Assembly: GCF_021869535.1 (NCBI RefSeq)
Contig: NW_026262668.1
Location: 71,548,001-71,612,000 of the forward strand
Origin: Mytilus californianus
Taxonomy: Eukaryota
Length of the DNA: 64,000 nucleotides
Direction: 5' to 3'
Below are positions 26,601-39,700 of this stretch, in pieces. A program made the position numbers and the translations under genes. Every line of letters begins with the position of its first letter. The first letter of the stretch is position 1. The notes beneath the pieces are model-generated. The model was given only the letters and a program-made list of their open reading frames with translations, did not search any database and had not been told where the DNA came from.

Positions 26601-29600
26601 ACATACGAAACATAATTTTAAAATTATCTGCCCAAAACATCTGTTAAAATTTGATACTTTTAAAATTTGGATTATAAAATAATCGATATCATTACCTAGT
26701 AAACTTACAATAAAGGCGGGATATTTATAATCACAAAGTATATTTTTTTTCATTATTAAAGTACTAGACCAACATTTTCTTTTGTATATTACAGGGACGG
26801 AATTATAAAAGGGATAAAACTATGTGTTCCGCGATGATCTGTCGAACATTGAATCATTAAATGTGGTTAAAAAAAGAGATTTAGTTTGAACAGTTTGTAT
26901 TTAATGTTTAAACCTTTATTTTGAGAGGGGAAATGTTGATAAAATATATTTTTCTATTATTGCATCAGTTGGTATTTTTGTCCCAGGAAATGTGGTGTTT
27001 GATATAACGTTGAGGACCAACAAAGAACCAATATTGAAACTTTGTGGTTACCCTTCCGGAGCGCCTGAGATCGACCCCGGTTTTTGGTGGGGATCGTGTT
27101 GCTGAAGTCTTTCATTTTCTTTGTTGTGTTTTGTGTACTGTTGTTTGTGTTTTGGTCTTTTTCTTTTTTTTTTTGCCATGGCGTTGTCAGTTTATTTTCG
27201 ACTTATGAGTTTTAATTTGGTATCTTTCGCCTCTCTTGGTCAAAGTGTGTCTCGTAAATGTTACATAACAAATCTGACATGATATATTGAGTTAGTTATC
27301 CTCTTCCCAGATAACATGTATCGTATAATTAGAAATGGCGGTTATGCTAATTGTCCGTCGGGTAATTGAAAACAATCATCAAAATTGAAACAACGGTTGG
27401 CCAACGCCAAATTCTGTTCAAATTTACGAAACAGTTTCGGATTATTTTCGGCAGGAAAGTAAACAACGTACGCCAGTTACAAAGTGATTTTACTGATCCA
27501 AGGTCCAAACTTTACTATATCTTAAATTGAATACATTGATGGTAAATGAAAGTGTAAAAAGAGGATCATCCAAGACCATGCAAGAAAAAAATCAGGCCTT
27601 TAGCTTTCTCGTTTGAATTGTTTAACATCTGTCATTTCGGGCCCTTTTATAACTTGCTGTGTGATATAGGTTTTTTTTATTGTTGAAGGTCGTACGGTGA
27701 CATATAGTTGCTAACTTCGACGTCATTTGGTCTCTGGTGGAGAGTTGTCTCATTGCCAATCATATCAAATCTACTTATTTTTATAAAGACAAAACATAAT
27801 AGAATGTAATACTAAAACTTTAAAATTAGGGCGCACATACTCATAAGAAGACACACTTTCATATTTATAGGATGCAATAAATAGCAAACAGTGTGTTTTA
27901 AGTTTTATCCCCCATCAGTACCTAAAACAATTTATCTCCATTGATGGAACTAAAAATAAATTGGCCTTCCAATGTAACTATATTCTACGTTTTTGTCGAT
28001 TTAATGTACTTTCTATACAAATGTTCACTTGTTTCTTTTAAAGAATTTATTCAGTTATATTTCAGAAAATAAAAAGAGATAAACACATTATTTTTTTCTG
28101 TTTAAGTTTAATTTATCGAAGCTGTATACAAAATTTAACAAAAGTCTGTGACATGATCCATTTACTGTAGTATTGAGAGCGGGTTTTTTTTATACTAGTT
28201 TTTATAAACGTTCATCTAGATGACCGAGGGCAAAAGAGGTATGTGCTAAAGAAACAAGTTTTACCGAATCACATGTCCATAAGCCTTTTTTAAGTCAGAA
28301 ACCTCGTGTGATTTTGTTTTGGCAACACTTTTGTGTTGGTAGCCTTTGCGTATCTATGATGGTCTATGTTAAGTTAAATCTCTGAATTAAACAAAAATTG
28401 GTGCATTCCACCAAAATCTAAAAAACGCTTGATAATTTAGTTTTTTGTGGAATTCTTGTTCCGGTTTTTTTTTCTATTTATTATTGTTTGCTGTTATGAA
28501 TGTTTTTTATTATTTATTGTTTTGGTGTAGATCTCTTAAGATTTTATTTCTGAAATGCTTCCCAAGAAACTTAATTTTATCTATACATACCACATGTACC
28601 TGGAATATGAATAAATATGAATTATTATGCTTAAATACATAACATTCTATAATTTTTTTTAACACATGGCATTCTGAATGGGTAATAATAAAACATTGGA
28701 ACCACTGTGACTTTTACATGCAGTACCTTGTCTCTTTTATATTTTTATTTTATAAATTTATAAATGCATTTTTCCCCTAGTCATTTTAAAAATGTTAAGA
28801 TTCATATTGACAGACACATTTTCAGTAACGGATTATGGTTGTGTTATACACGATCATACCTAAATAACGATTTCTATATTATATAAAAATATTTATATTG
28901 CACATTTAAAATCATATAATCATACCATTGGGGGTTAGTGTAATCAGTCCTCCAGAAGAAGTTGGTCTTGTGTTGTATTCCTGATTAGCAACACACTGGC
29001 CCGGTGTATATGTCACCTGAATATCTCCTGATGCTGCATTTTGGACTGCCTAAGAATAAAATCAACAAGTTCACCTTAATTTTCAAAAGCTGTTGAGAAT
29101 TTTGTTTATCGTCAAAAATGTCTAAGACTCGGATGACTATCAGTGATATCATAGAATTAGTTTTTCCATCTGAATCATCAGAGACTGAATATAAAATTCA
29201 TTGTTCTTATACCGAATGAACATAAAAAATAAATTTATGAGTTTTGATTTATTTTTCGATATAAACCAATAACATTATTTTTTGTAATAAAATTATTACC
29301 AAGCATTCAAGATTTTCTTAAAATGGAGAATTCATTTTTAAGTTTTTAAGTTAACATTATTGTAAGAAAGTTTGTGCTGTTAACGGTTATCGTTGTATTT
29401 TTGTCTTATCTATCTAGTTAAATATCTTTCCCTCCTTTTTATTCCATTTTCTGCTGCCCTTTAAAATGTGTTAACCCAATATCACATGATTTGTACCCTA
29501 GCTCTGCTGTGGCTATTGCTAAGCTTACCGCACAAGTGAATCTGAATGTAGTCAGTTGATTAACTGTATCGTCGAAATTATACAAAGACGTATAGTATGT

Positions 29601-32600
29601 CCCAGATGAATCATCGACGATAGAAGCAACACAACCAAGTCTTCCAAATACTGCATTAAGATAAGAAGATTTATTATTAAAACACGATTTAAATATGCTA
29701 TATCTCGTCGCATACTTGAAATATTGTGTACCGCTTTCTTTTGTTGATTAAAATAATGTATTTGGTTGTCTCTATTTTTTTCTTTTTAACATTTCATGTA
29801 CCTTCGACCTTTTATAGCTTGTCCAATGGTATGTGTCATTGTCAAAGGCAATTATATGACGAGTAAATGTGTATATATTGAATTTGTCTTGACATCTAGA
29901 TGGTCTTTTTGCCATCAAGGTAAGCATTATCTTTTTCTTATTGGTTAATGTATCCTTATTTTTATCACACAAAAGAACAGATCAATACAATTCTGGATCC
30001 CTTCAAAATCGTTCCAAAGCCCACAACAGCTGGACATTTATAAACCTTAATTGTGCTTCAATGGACACTCATTCATAGCACATGTAACAGAAAACGGTTA
30101 AATTGGCATCACCGTAAATATCCATCCTTCATTGTGAGCAATAAAAACTAAATGATTCTTGGCAAAAATGTTTCTATTTGTCTTATTACATTTAATAAGT
30201 ATATATACTAGTATCAACAGAAAAGCACCAGAGAATCCAAGTTTTGTCAAATCGAAAAATGTGTAGCTAATATATGTATGCAAGCGACTGACATAACGCG
30301 AGGTTAACTTTTAAGTTTGACAAAGTCAACACTAGCCTCTGGATTGATTTTTCTTGGGTTGCTGCCTCATCGACGTTTACCCCACATCTCATTTTATTTA
30401 TATCTATATCACGATTTTACTACATACACGTATAAGCTATGGTAGTGGCACATTTGTCGTAGTAAAAGTTCAACTCTTGTCTGCTAGGACAAACTGAGAC
30501 AAATCCGTTGTCCGGCGAAGAACATTTATCTGTTCCATCATTGTTGAAAACGTAGGTAAAATTTCTGTAAAGAGGATCTGGGCAATCAGCTAAAGCACTT
30601 TCCTCTGAACCTTTGAATACAAAATAAAAAGATGTTTTAATGTCAATTTAATGAAACTTTTATGGGGAAATTACTGCACAAAGGTGTTGCAAATGAATTT
30701 TTTAATTTTATCATTTTTAATCCTTTTATTAAAATATTTCAGATGAACCATTTATATCTATTTATCAATGTTTGGATGACTGTTTGATGTCCTGTTCGTC
30801 CATGTTTCTATTCATCGAATTTGATGTGTAGGTATGACTAAAATGAACATATTTGCAAGCAAAACAAAAACCAGTTTAGAACACTCAATCGCACACGAAA
30901 AGAAACAAAAATGACTCAACATTCTTATGAGTTTTGTAAGATTTCTTCCATAGAAAGAGCAAATAATCACGACAAAAACCATTCCCTAATTTACTACTTT
31001 TGATGAATGTTTTAGTGGAAAATTTTGACTGGAACTGATAAAGATAAAAAAGTATATTATATAACAGTCAACTGATTAGCTACAATGAAAAGTTGTTTAA
31101 TGTAGAATAGATGAATTACATTCGCTGTAACATCCAATATTTCATATATGTAACATTATAAGATTTACACAGCTAGATATTCAAAAAGGCTTCTAACGAA
31201 TGAAATGACCGGTCAAACAGTTAGATATGCATGTATATCAAAGGAAATTTTAACAAGAAAAGAGCTGTCAAAACCGTGTTTTCTGTATTTTGAAGGCGCT
31301 TTCAAACTTGTTTGACCTGCCACTTTCTGTGCCGAAAATTGAAAATTGTCAAAATTGAACTTAACCTCCATTTTGTCATCAGTAACAACAGATCAAAGTT
31401 TGATAATATTGGTGGAACGGTTCTTTAGTAATTATACGGAAACGACATAGAGTGCCGTTCTCAAAACTACCAACGACCATATCTCCTGAATGGTAAAAGG
31501 ATGACGACGGATATGTTCCAGTTGTCGTAACTACAATCCCGTCCCCTTTTCCAGAATGTGACCAACCGAATTAGACTTATCACCGGGTTTGTACTTACAT
31601 GAGCAACACGACGGTGGAATAGGATCTGTTAAAGCTTTCGGAGCACCTGAGATCATCCCCAGTTTTGGTGGGGTTCGTGTTGCTCATTCTTTAGTTTTCT
31701 GTGTTATGTTTTGTGTTCTGGTGTTTGTCTGTTTGTCTTTTTTTCTTTTTTAGCCATGGCGATGTCAGTTTATTTTCGAATTATGTGTTTGAATGTCCCT
31801 TTGGTATCTTTCGCCTCTCTTCTAAGGTTCTCAAATAATGTAATAAGATTAAACATAATTATTATTGCTTTAAGTTTAAAAAATCAAATACTCAAACTGT
31901 ATATTCAAAAATATTGGTTTTTACGCAATAAAAAATCAAGTAAAAACAAACAATCCATTGATTATAAATATGAATGACTGTTAAACCCCAATCAACTGAA
32001 AAGTAGACAAAAATATAATTTTCACCAAAGCCTGATTAATTTTTGGGATAATAAAAGAATTATTTTACCTGTCCTGACCATGCTTATGAATTCTGCCTTT
32101 GATGGTGTTTCTGTGCAAATTTCTGTTGCATTTCCCGTTGCATTTAAAACTCCAAATATATGTATTCGCTCATTACCTATAAATATATTTTTTGCTGCAA
32201 TGGAAAAAAAAAGAACTACAACAACAGCATTATAGAAGTTCATATGACAAAACAAAATTAATACATATTTTTCATATAGTATCATAATAAATACTGGTTA
32301 TTTTTTTCTTAGTAATGATAGGCAAACGCTTATTGTTCTTTCTTTTTTTCCTTATTTGAACCTGATTCTGTCAATGTCTCTTTGATTAATAAATGTTAGT
32401 ATTTCTAAACCAGTCTTGTGGGACTGATTGGTAATTGAAAACATTAATAATAAATCTTTTACACCTACTAAACGACTATTATATTGAAACATTGAATAAT
32501 TAATGAGTGATCGTTTTGGTTTTTTTAATATTTATTTTGACATATAAGGTTCTAACGAAAATCGTTATTCATCTTCCTCAGATTTTAATCAGGTATAATC

Positions 32601-35496
32601 CATGAAAAAGAAATGAAGTAAAAAGTAAAATAACAAAAATACCGACCACCAAGGAAAATTCAAAACGGAAAGTCCCTTAACAAATGGTAAATTCAAAAGC
32701 TCAAACACATCAAACGAATGGAAAACAACTGTCATATTCTGGACTTGGTACAGGCATTTCCTTATGTAGAAAATGGTGGATTAAACCTGATTTTATAGCT
32801 AGCTAAAATTAAAGCAAAAATATTTTCAAATTTGCACTTACAAATAAATCCAAGACTGAATAGACAAATAGTAGTTTTTGTTAATGTTTTGTACTTACGA
32901 GAATTCATATAGAAGTAATAGCTATTGTTATTGACTGCTGTTGCCTCCATGCAGATAAAAGCAACGGAATCAGCTTTATATAATACAAATATTTCAGACC
33001 TGTAAAATATTTTTAAATTTAAAGTTTTCTTTACAATTGTGTTAGTTATTGGTAAGAACATTTCTTTTTTTTTTATTATTATATTTAGTTGAAATTCTAA
33101 TTTATGCAGACTTGAATTTCCACATTTTGCAAACCGCTGGAAAGAAATAGACCAATAGATAAACTAAAATCTACAAAACATGAAGCAGACATCAACATAT
33201 TAATGAAAGCAAATCCCACTAAAATCAAGAGCCAACTTAGGTGTTCCGGTCATAAACCAAGGAAAGAGAATGGGATTTTGACTTCAATAAATGGAAAATA
33301 TTCAAGGTAACAGGCATTTTAACTTTTCTTTTTAAATCACCTCTTGAATTACGAAGGTAATAAAACTATGTTACAGTTTGATACAGGACAATTCAAATAA
33401 CGCGATGATGAAAGTCTAATAATGTGTGATTGTTTGCATTTATATACACAATAAGATTTGATAGACGGAAATAAAGATAGCTCTTTACATGATGGAACGA
33501 CACACAAGGGGTTTCAAATGCTGAACTGACAAATTGTGAGGTTTGTGCGCACGTAAAACTGATTTTAATCCCACAACATTTGCGAAGTTCATTGATAATT
33601 GTCCTGTTATCCTTTTTATGTGTTAATCAACTTCTTACTGTACGAAATGACGCGTAACAACAAAATGTGCCGCGCAAAGAATGTTTTTACCAAAAGAGAA
33701 ATAGGTTGAAGAACTCGACAGAACAAGATAAAGTCTCGTTTTTCAATTTCAATAATGGACATGATCTGTTTGAATACACCGAATTCCAATGGGGATTATT
33801 AAGTTTAACATTCGATGTCATTCCAGTACTCTTTCCCTATCAAGGCGTAACTGAATAAAACATCCAAACAAAAGCACACAAATGGTCAAACGTCTACGTG
33901 AAGGGTAAAAAACACATAAGCTTTAGCATAATCCGACTCAGGTCAAGTATGAACGAAATTCATCTAATTAAAGAAAATACATTAACAGTTACGCTACTAA
34001 TCAACCAATAAAAGTACAGGATATTTATACAAGATATAATTATGACTTAAAAAACTCGCAAAAGGGTCGTTCACTATTTATTTACATACAATTCAAATAC
34101 GAAGCAATATCCAATTTTGATTTGTAATAAAACTATTAATAATTAGGGAAATAATGCTGAAATGATATATCTAAGGTAAAGTATTACTTTAACTTTACAC
34201 ACAAACAGTCAGATTATAAAGTTTGAAAATGAACTGATATCAAATAAAAGTATATAAATACCTTAAAATAACATATGGCCCTGTAGAATTATCATGACAT
34301 GTCCAGTCGGATGAAGTCTTTCCGTTTATATTGAATGCATGACTTCCTAAAGTTAATACACTACTAGTGACGGTTATTTGCTCGTAGTCGTTACTCGTCC
34401 ATGATCCAACTAAGCTACTGTCAAACGTGCAATCAGCACTTACTAGAAGATAAACAGTATCTTAAGTATATTAAGATGCGGAATAGAGCATAAATAGGAT
34501 TATAAACGGTCCACAAACAATTGAAGATTGGGCAACAGATAACCCACCAAAGCCATGGGGATATTAGATGTCGTTTAAGGGTACACAGTTCCTGCTCCAA
34601 TAGTGTCTGCCGACGTGTTGCGCATGACAATGTACACAATAAAATTAACTGGAAAAGTGTTGTTAAAATTATTGTATAATTTTACTTAGACTAAGAGTTT
34701 TATTACCTGCTCAAAATAAATTAAAGGTTATTTTATGTGGTTGATTATATGGTCAGGTTCTTATACAATATGTTGTATGTATTTGGCTCTCCAATCTTTT
34801 AACATTGTAAATCAATCAAATGTACTCCAAATGGCAAGACCTATACACAAAAATGATTTAAACAACTAAAAGAGCACACTTTAATGGAACAAATGCGATC
34901 ATTTATAATTGCCATATTTACTTTAGGCAAGTTTTGTTGTTACAACCCATACGAGATACCGCCATATCAGTTGCTTTGCAAATCAGGAAACATTTTGGAA
35001 CAATACAGTCTATACAAATACCACACATTTTATCGATTTATTTGGAAATCCAGGTTCGATCCGCAACAAAGCAACAGAAAAAAAATCAGACCATTACTGT
35101 ATTAATGAAAAAGAAGATTTCTGTAAACAAAAAAAATACAGCTCAAGAAGATTTTATCATTTTCGCTTGTCCAAGACGGGAGTAGACACAAAGTCGGAAA
35201 AACTTCTATATAGTCTAATAGTTCCAATCTTATTGATTAAAACATGTCTCTTCTTTTCTCGTAAGAATTGAACTTACAATGCCCCGTAAAATGAGTTAAT
35301 CTATAGTTTGTAATCAATAATTTTTTTTCCACAAAATATGAGTATTTGTCCATTGTGAGTAGGTGGAATGATCAAATCCAACGAGTTATATTGTATGGAA
35401 TAACAATTAAAGCTTACCTACTGGTTTATACTTACCAGACTGAATGTGAAGAACAAACAAGAGTTCTGATAATAAAATACATCCTTTCTTATCCAT
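14690..35496 (-). CDS. Paralog P2, type I membrane protein, 963 aa. Exons 35496-35436, 34442-34262, 32999-32899, 32194-32069, 30610-30428, 29650-29529, 29049-28926, 28599-28591, 26284-26012, 23551-23444, 18777-17488, 15874-15743, 14871-14690
   Basis: All introns GT-AG, phases consistent, summed CDS 2892 nt. Signal peptide MDKKGCILLSELLFVLHIQSVSA, 12 ectodomain Cys, Thr-rich stalk, TM IWPIVGAVLGGLLVISLLLIILYCLL followed by RKKK, and an ~560-aa low-complexity tail that includes the 436-aa track ORF. The last two exons are less certain. Confidence 0.85.
15547..15590 (+). ncRNA. Minimal type-I hammerhead ribozyme motif, subfamily ii, core intact
   Basis: tcatca-CTGAAGA-ga[catgaattt]tc-GAAA-tgtgca-TC-tgatgc; 5-bp stem I, weakened stem II, cleavage predicted after 15584. 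Confidence 0.7.
19976..21336. repeat. Near-perfect 681-bp tandem duplication
   Basis: tgacaaaaggtg at 19976 and 20657; only a few differences seen (ttgttc/ttggtc, ttatcg/ttaacg, T-run length). Confidence 0.95.
23134..23223. repeat. Foldback/hairpin element; related arm sequences at 22024-22095, 22349-22400 and 19752-19795
   Basis: aaaggtatatactatgaaatt...ggggcaagcccc...aatttcatagtatataccttt. Confidence 0.8.
24358..24403 (-). ncRNA. Degenerate hammerhead motif, subfamily i, in tandem array
   Basis: gcgtca-CTGATGA-gtc[ttatgta], then GAC-GAAA replaced by an A-run, then cgtgca-TC-tggcgt. Confidence 0.6.
24712..24755 (-). ncRNA. Degenerate hammerhead motif, subfamily i, in tandem array
   Basis: gcgtca-CTGATGA-ttt[ttatgta]gac-GAAG-cgcgcg-TC-tggcgt. 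Confidence 0.65.
28591..28599 (-). CDS. 9-nt microexon of P2 (GTACATGTG, G-T-C)
   Basis: ttattcatattccag|GTACATGTG|gtatgt; phase 1-1; positional match to the P3 microexon. Confidence 0.75.
31500..31824 (+). mobile_element. 5'-truncated PLE-derived 3' UTR repeat. Other copies at ~3135-3270(-), 27050-27237(+), 39750-39980(+), 49397-49585(-), 53172-53345(+), 55990-56045(-), 56300-56620(-)
   Basis: Begins at the PLE ORF end (MTTDMFQLS*). Shares ggtggggttcgtgttgct...ggtatctttcgcctctctt with the RT-bearing copies. Confidence 0.75.
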
Positions 35497-36111
35497 GTTT
35501 TAATGTTTATAATGCCCTTTCCACCATTAATATATAGAAGTTAGTATTACAATAAAACCCATTGAATAATTTGGACTATTTGTTTAAAACAAATGAAAAG
35601 GAACATTAGTGATATTTTACGATTTCATGGGGTCACGGGTAAGGTAAGACTAACGTTAAATGCTTTGACTTCGTAGATGTTAATCGAATAAATAAAGCTT
35701 TCAATGGTTTCCATACAGTTTGTCCCATAACTTTCCCTTGTTTGTCTCATGGTATTCATTTATATTCTCTCTTAGTATTATTTTTTTTCTAATTTTAGTA
35801 ACAATGAGTGTGCTCTTAACTAGAATAACATTCATAGGGGAACTAGTTCGACTACTGAAAATATTTATATTCTCATTCTGATTATTTCACTTTGTATCTG
35901 TTATGGTTATTTATTTCTATTTATTTCTTTTTACGTCCGGTTTGGCTTTCTAATTTACTTATTTAATTCAACCAACTTAAAATGTATCTATTTACTAAGT
36001 GATTTGAAACCTACAAGCCGTAAGTTAGGTTCTTTTTTTAAAGAAAGCGATAAATGGAAGGCATGAGTCTGGTGCACCTAAGCCCTAGAAGCTGAAAGTT
36101 ATTTGTACAAA

Positions 36112-36120
36112 CACCTGGTG
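36112..36120. promoter_or_regulatory. Palindromic CACCWGGTG (E-box-containing) site in the P2/P3 divergent intergenic region; identical 9-mer at 9581-9589 upstream of P1
   Basis: Only two occurrences noticed in the window, each near the 5' end of family members. Confidence 0.35.
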
Positions 36121-36774
36121 GAAAAGTTGCAATTGTGTACTTAACAGTAAGCACTCATCTAAAAAATGAATAAATTCATACTTTTTTACTTTTTGAAGTG
36201 CAGTGAAAGTTTTTAATGTTTTAAATAATAAAATTATGTCTTTTTTGGGTTTGATTGTGTTGTTAGATGCTGTCTCATTGATGAATATTTCAGATCTATC
36301 TTCACCTCAATACAGAATAGTTTGATGTGAATGTATAAATGCAGTGTCAACAAATTAAAAAACGCAAGTCATTTAAATTTGTTTACAAATCATTTCAAAA
36401 TATTCCTTTGAAATAAGTCTACATTTTTGTAAAATATTTTCGATGTTTCTATTAACATATACATTCTATTGGTCTGTTTAACAACCTCTCTTTTATAATA
36501 TTTATATTTAAATACATGGTGTTTTAAAAATGAAATGATTTTTACGACTTCTAATTGTAGGTAATTAATCTGGTTGTTAATATCAACACATAGATAATAA
36601 ACATGAACAAAGGTAAAATAACACATGCAATATTGAGTTACAAATTTAAAATCTTGTCTATTGTTTAAACAGTAAAACATGCGAAAAATAATCTAAAATT
36701 GTTAATTTCAATGGCATGTTTTTGCCATAGGTTTAAATAACCATCCTTTTGTAAAATATCAAAATGAAGAAAAA

Positions 36775-39700
36775 ATGTTACATGTTATTTTAATCTTTGG
36801 AGTATTTCTGATGGATCAAGATGTTGGTACATGACGTAAAACTGCTTTATGGCCTGTTCCTATTAATTCGTCAAAGTTGTAAGTATTTGTGTGTGTGTGT
36901 GTGTGTGTGTGTGTAGTTTCATAATAAATATGAGCCGTTTCACATACTTCGTTTGCCGATACAACTCATATTTATGTCGCATCAAATCAAATAATCACAA
37001 GATTGACACATCAACATATTGATGGCACCAGAAAAACTATAACTTCTTAAGCAACATCAGTGATACAGACAAAAAGCTCCCTTAACAACTAAAAAAACAA
37101 TGAAAGTTATGGTTCCTGTTATAGTTGCACAGTATTCAAGAATAATAAATATTCAAAAATAAGAAGATGTTGATTGATTTCCAATTAGACAACTACCCAC
37201 CAGAGACCAAAATAAGCAACTATAGGTCACCAAAAGGCCTTCAACAATGAGCAAAACTCATACCATACGGTATAATCAGCTAAAAAAGACTCAACATAAA
37301 AAAAGTGAAACAACCAAAAGATAACCGAAAAAACAAATATGACAGACCGCAACAAACAACAATACCCATGCAACTATTTCTATACAAAAATCTGCTTTAA
37401 TATTTATTTGAAAAATCTTTTCCATGTTTTCCTCTCATTAAATTTCCGAGTTCAGATGAACCATTATCAAACATTTCATTTGAAGTATCTCGCTCGGCGG
37501 AAGACACCTTACTTTACCTTTTCATGGTTTTTTAAGGTGGGCTATGTACTTATCCAAGTGACTTACGAGGAACATGGTACGACAGTGTTTATGGGACTAT
37601 CGGCTTTACAGATTCTTCTATGAACATGCAGACGAAAGCATTCGTTACGGGTTTCACCAATACAAACTTTACTTGTCAAATAAATAATGGAGATCTGTAT
37701 GTATCAAAGTAAGTAAAATAGATAAAACAGTACATGTATGAAAAGTAATATTCATTTTGTAGTTCTTTTATAATTGTTATTGATCTATTATTTTTTATTG
37801 TTGTTGCGTATCAAAAAACTCCTTTTCAAACAGAACATAAAAAGCGAGAGAAAAATTAAAACTAACTATATGTATTATAATTTTTTATACATATAGGTAA
37901 CACAGTTTTGAATAATCCAAAAAACTGTATTTTTATCATTAAGTATTGAGTCAGTATAAACATCTGGCATACAAAGTTATAAGCCTGGTATCTTTGATGA
38001 GGTTTTAATAAGTGCTATTACCTTTATGGGATATTTTGTACGACTTTATTTTTTTTTTTTTTTGTTACAAATGAATTTTATTTTGAAGAGTATGACCATT
38101 TCATTGGTGCATCTAACCAAACACAAAAACCCTTCAAAAGATATATAGACATCAAAACACGGTCTTCAACAATACAATGAATGTATATTGTTTGTCTATA
38201 AATAAAAGAGATATATATCCTATAAATGCTTCTTTGTTTGAATTTTTTCAGAAGTGTTGAGGCTGTCACGCTAGGTATTCTGGGTGGTTTTACTGTTAAT
38301 GTATGGATATGTTTTGAAATAAAATCATTAACGACTTCATCATTCTATTATTACCTCAGATCAAGTAAGTGTTTTTTTTCTCCAATTGATATAAGAATAA
38401 AGTTCGTTTTTTGTCACCGTTTTAGGCATTATCTGTTTTAATGCTCTGCAACTCATTTGATTAGGCCTTCTTAATGTTTTGATTCGAGTGCCACTAATGT
38501 GTCTTACGTAGACTAAACGTAAACTTATCTCGCGTACCAATTATAAATCTGCTATCTATGTATTTTCCGTGTATATTTTTTTAAGTTGAAAAGACATGCT
38601 CGTTAACAGTACATATAGATTAAGTCTTTGACAATATATTTCAGAGGATCAAGACAATTTGAATTTTGGCGATGTAGTCCCCGTTGCAACAACGGTTTCG
38701 ACTGTAACAGAAGCAGATGTATGTAATACGTCGCCAGGAGTCGGTGAATTCCATATGATAGTAAATCCTGGTGAGTTGTTTAGATTGACTGATATAAAAC
38801 ATGAGTTATTTAGATTGACTGATATAAAACATTTTCAAGCCTTTTCAATTTCATAAAATTGCATATGCGTCGCGGTAACCGAGGTCAAATATTTTCAATT
38901 GCATTGAAAATATGAATAAAATACTATTTTGAACGGTCATTACACCAAATCAGTATATTTCTATGTTTTCGGGATTATTTCGACCGAAACCCCGGCTAGG
39001 CACGCCATTTCTCTTTACTAGATATTCACACAAAAAAAAACAAAAAAAAAAAAACCAAGAGACTCGTTCTAAATCTTATGTTCTACTGATCTCCTTAAAA
39101 ATTAAAACAACACGTTCGAAAACGATTTTCTGTGTTTACCTTCATAAAAAACGTTCACGTCCAAAAATTTGAAAGCCAATGATGTATAGCTACCCAAACA
39201 CGTGAAGAGCTATATGATCAAGAGGGACATTAAGAATAATAAAATCCATCTAACTTTATCATTAAGCTGTGATTAATATTTGATTACTTTGTATAAATGA
39301 CAAAGAAAACCAGAAAAGCAGACTGCTACAGTAATAGTTTATAGGAACTCCAAACAAGTCATATAAAACAATCTGGTTTAAGTACATGATTATTGTAAGC
39401 CTAAAATGGTACAAATGTCTGCGTTTTCTTGTAACACTATTCAATTAATATATTATACAGCTTCGTCAAAAGAAGGATTAAGTGCTGTTCCTGTACCTTT
39501 GCTTGGTGATTTTACCTATTCCATGAACTTTGGAACCGATTCATCGCAATGTGGAGCATCTGCTTTCTGGGAAAGTTGTTCTAATACAACTATTATCACT
39601 CTAAATAATACTGCCTGTGGAAGTCAGTTCGTTGGATATTCAGGTAAATGTATATAGTAGATATATATGTTTCGTACTAATATTCAATAATGTTTAAATG

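Noticed and set aside
38360-38364. Apparent 5-nt microexon cag|ATCAA|gtaagt
   Set aside because: It is the end of the 113-nt exon 3 of P3, which aligns with exon 3 of P1 and P2
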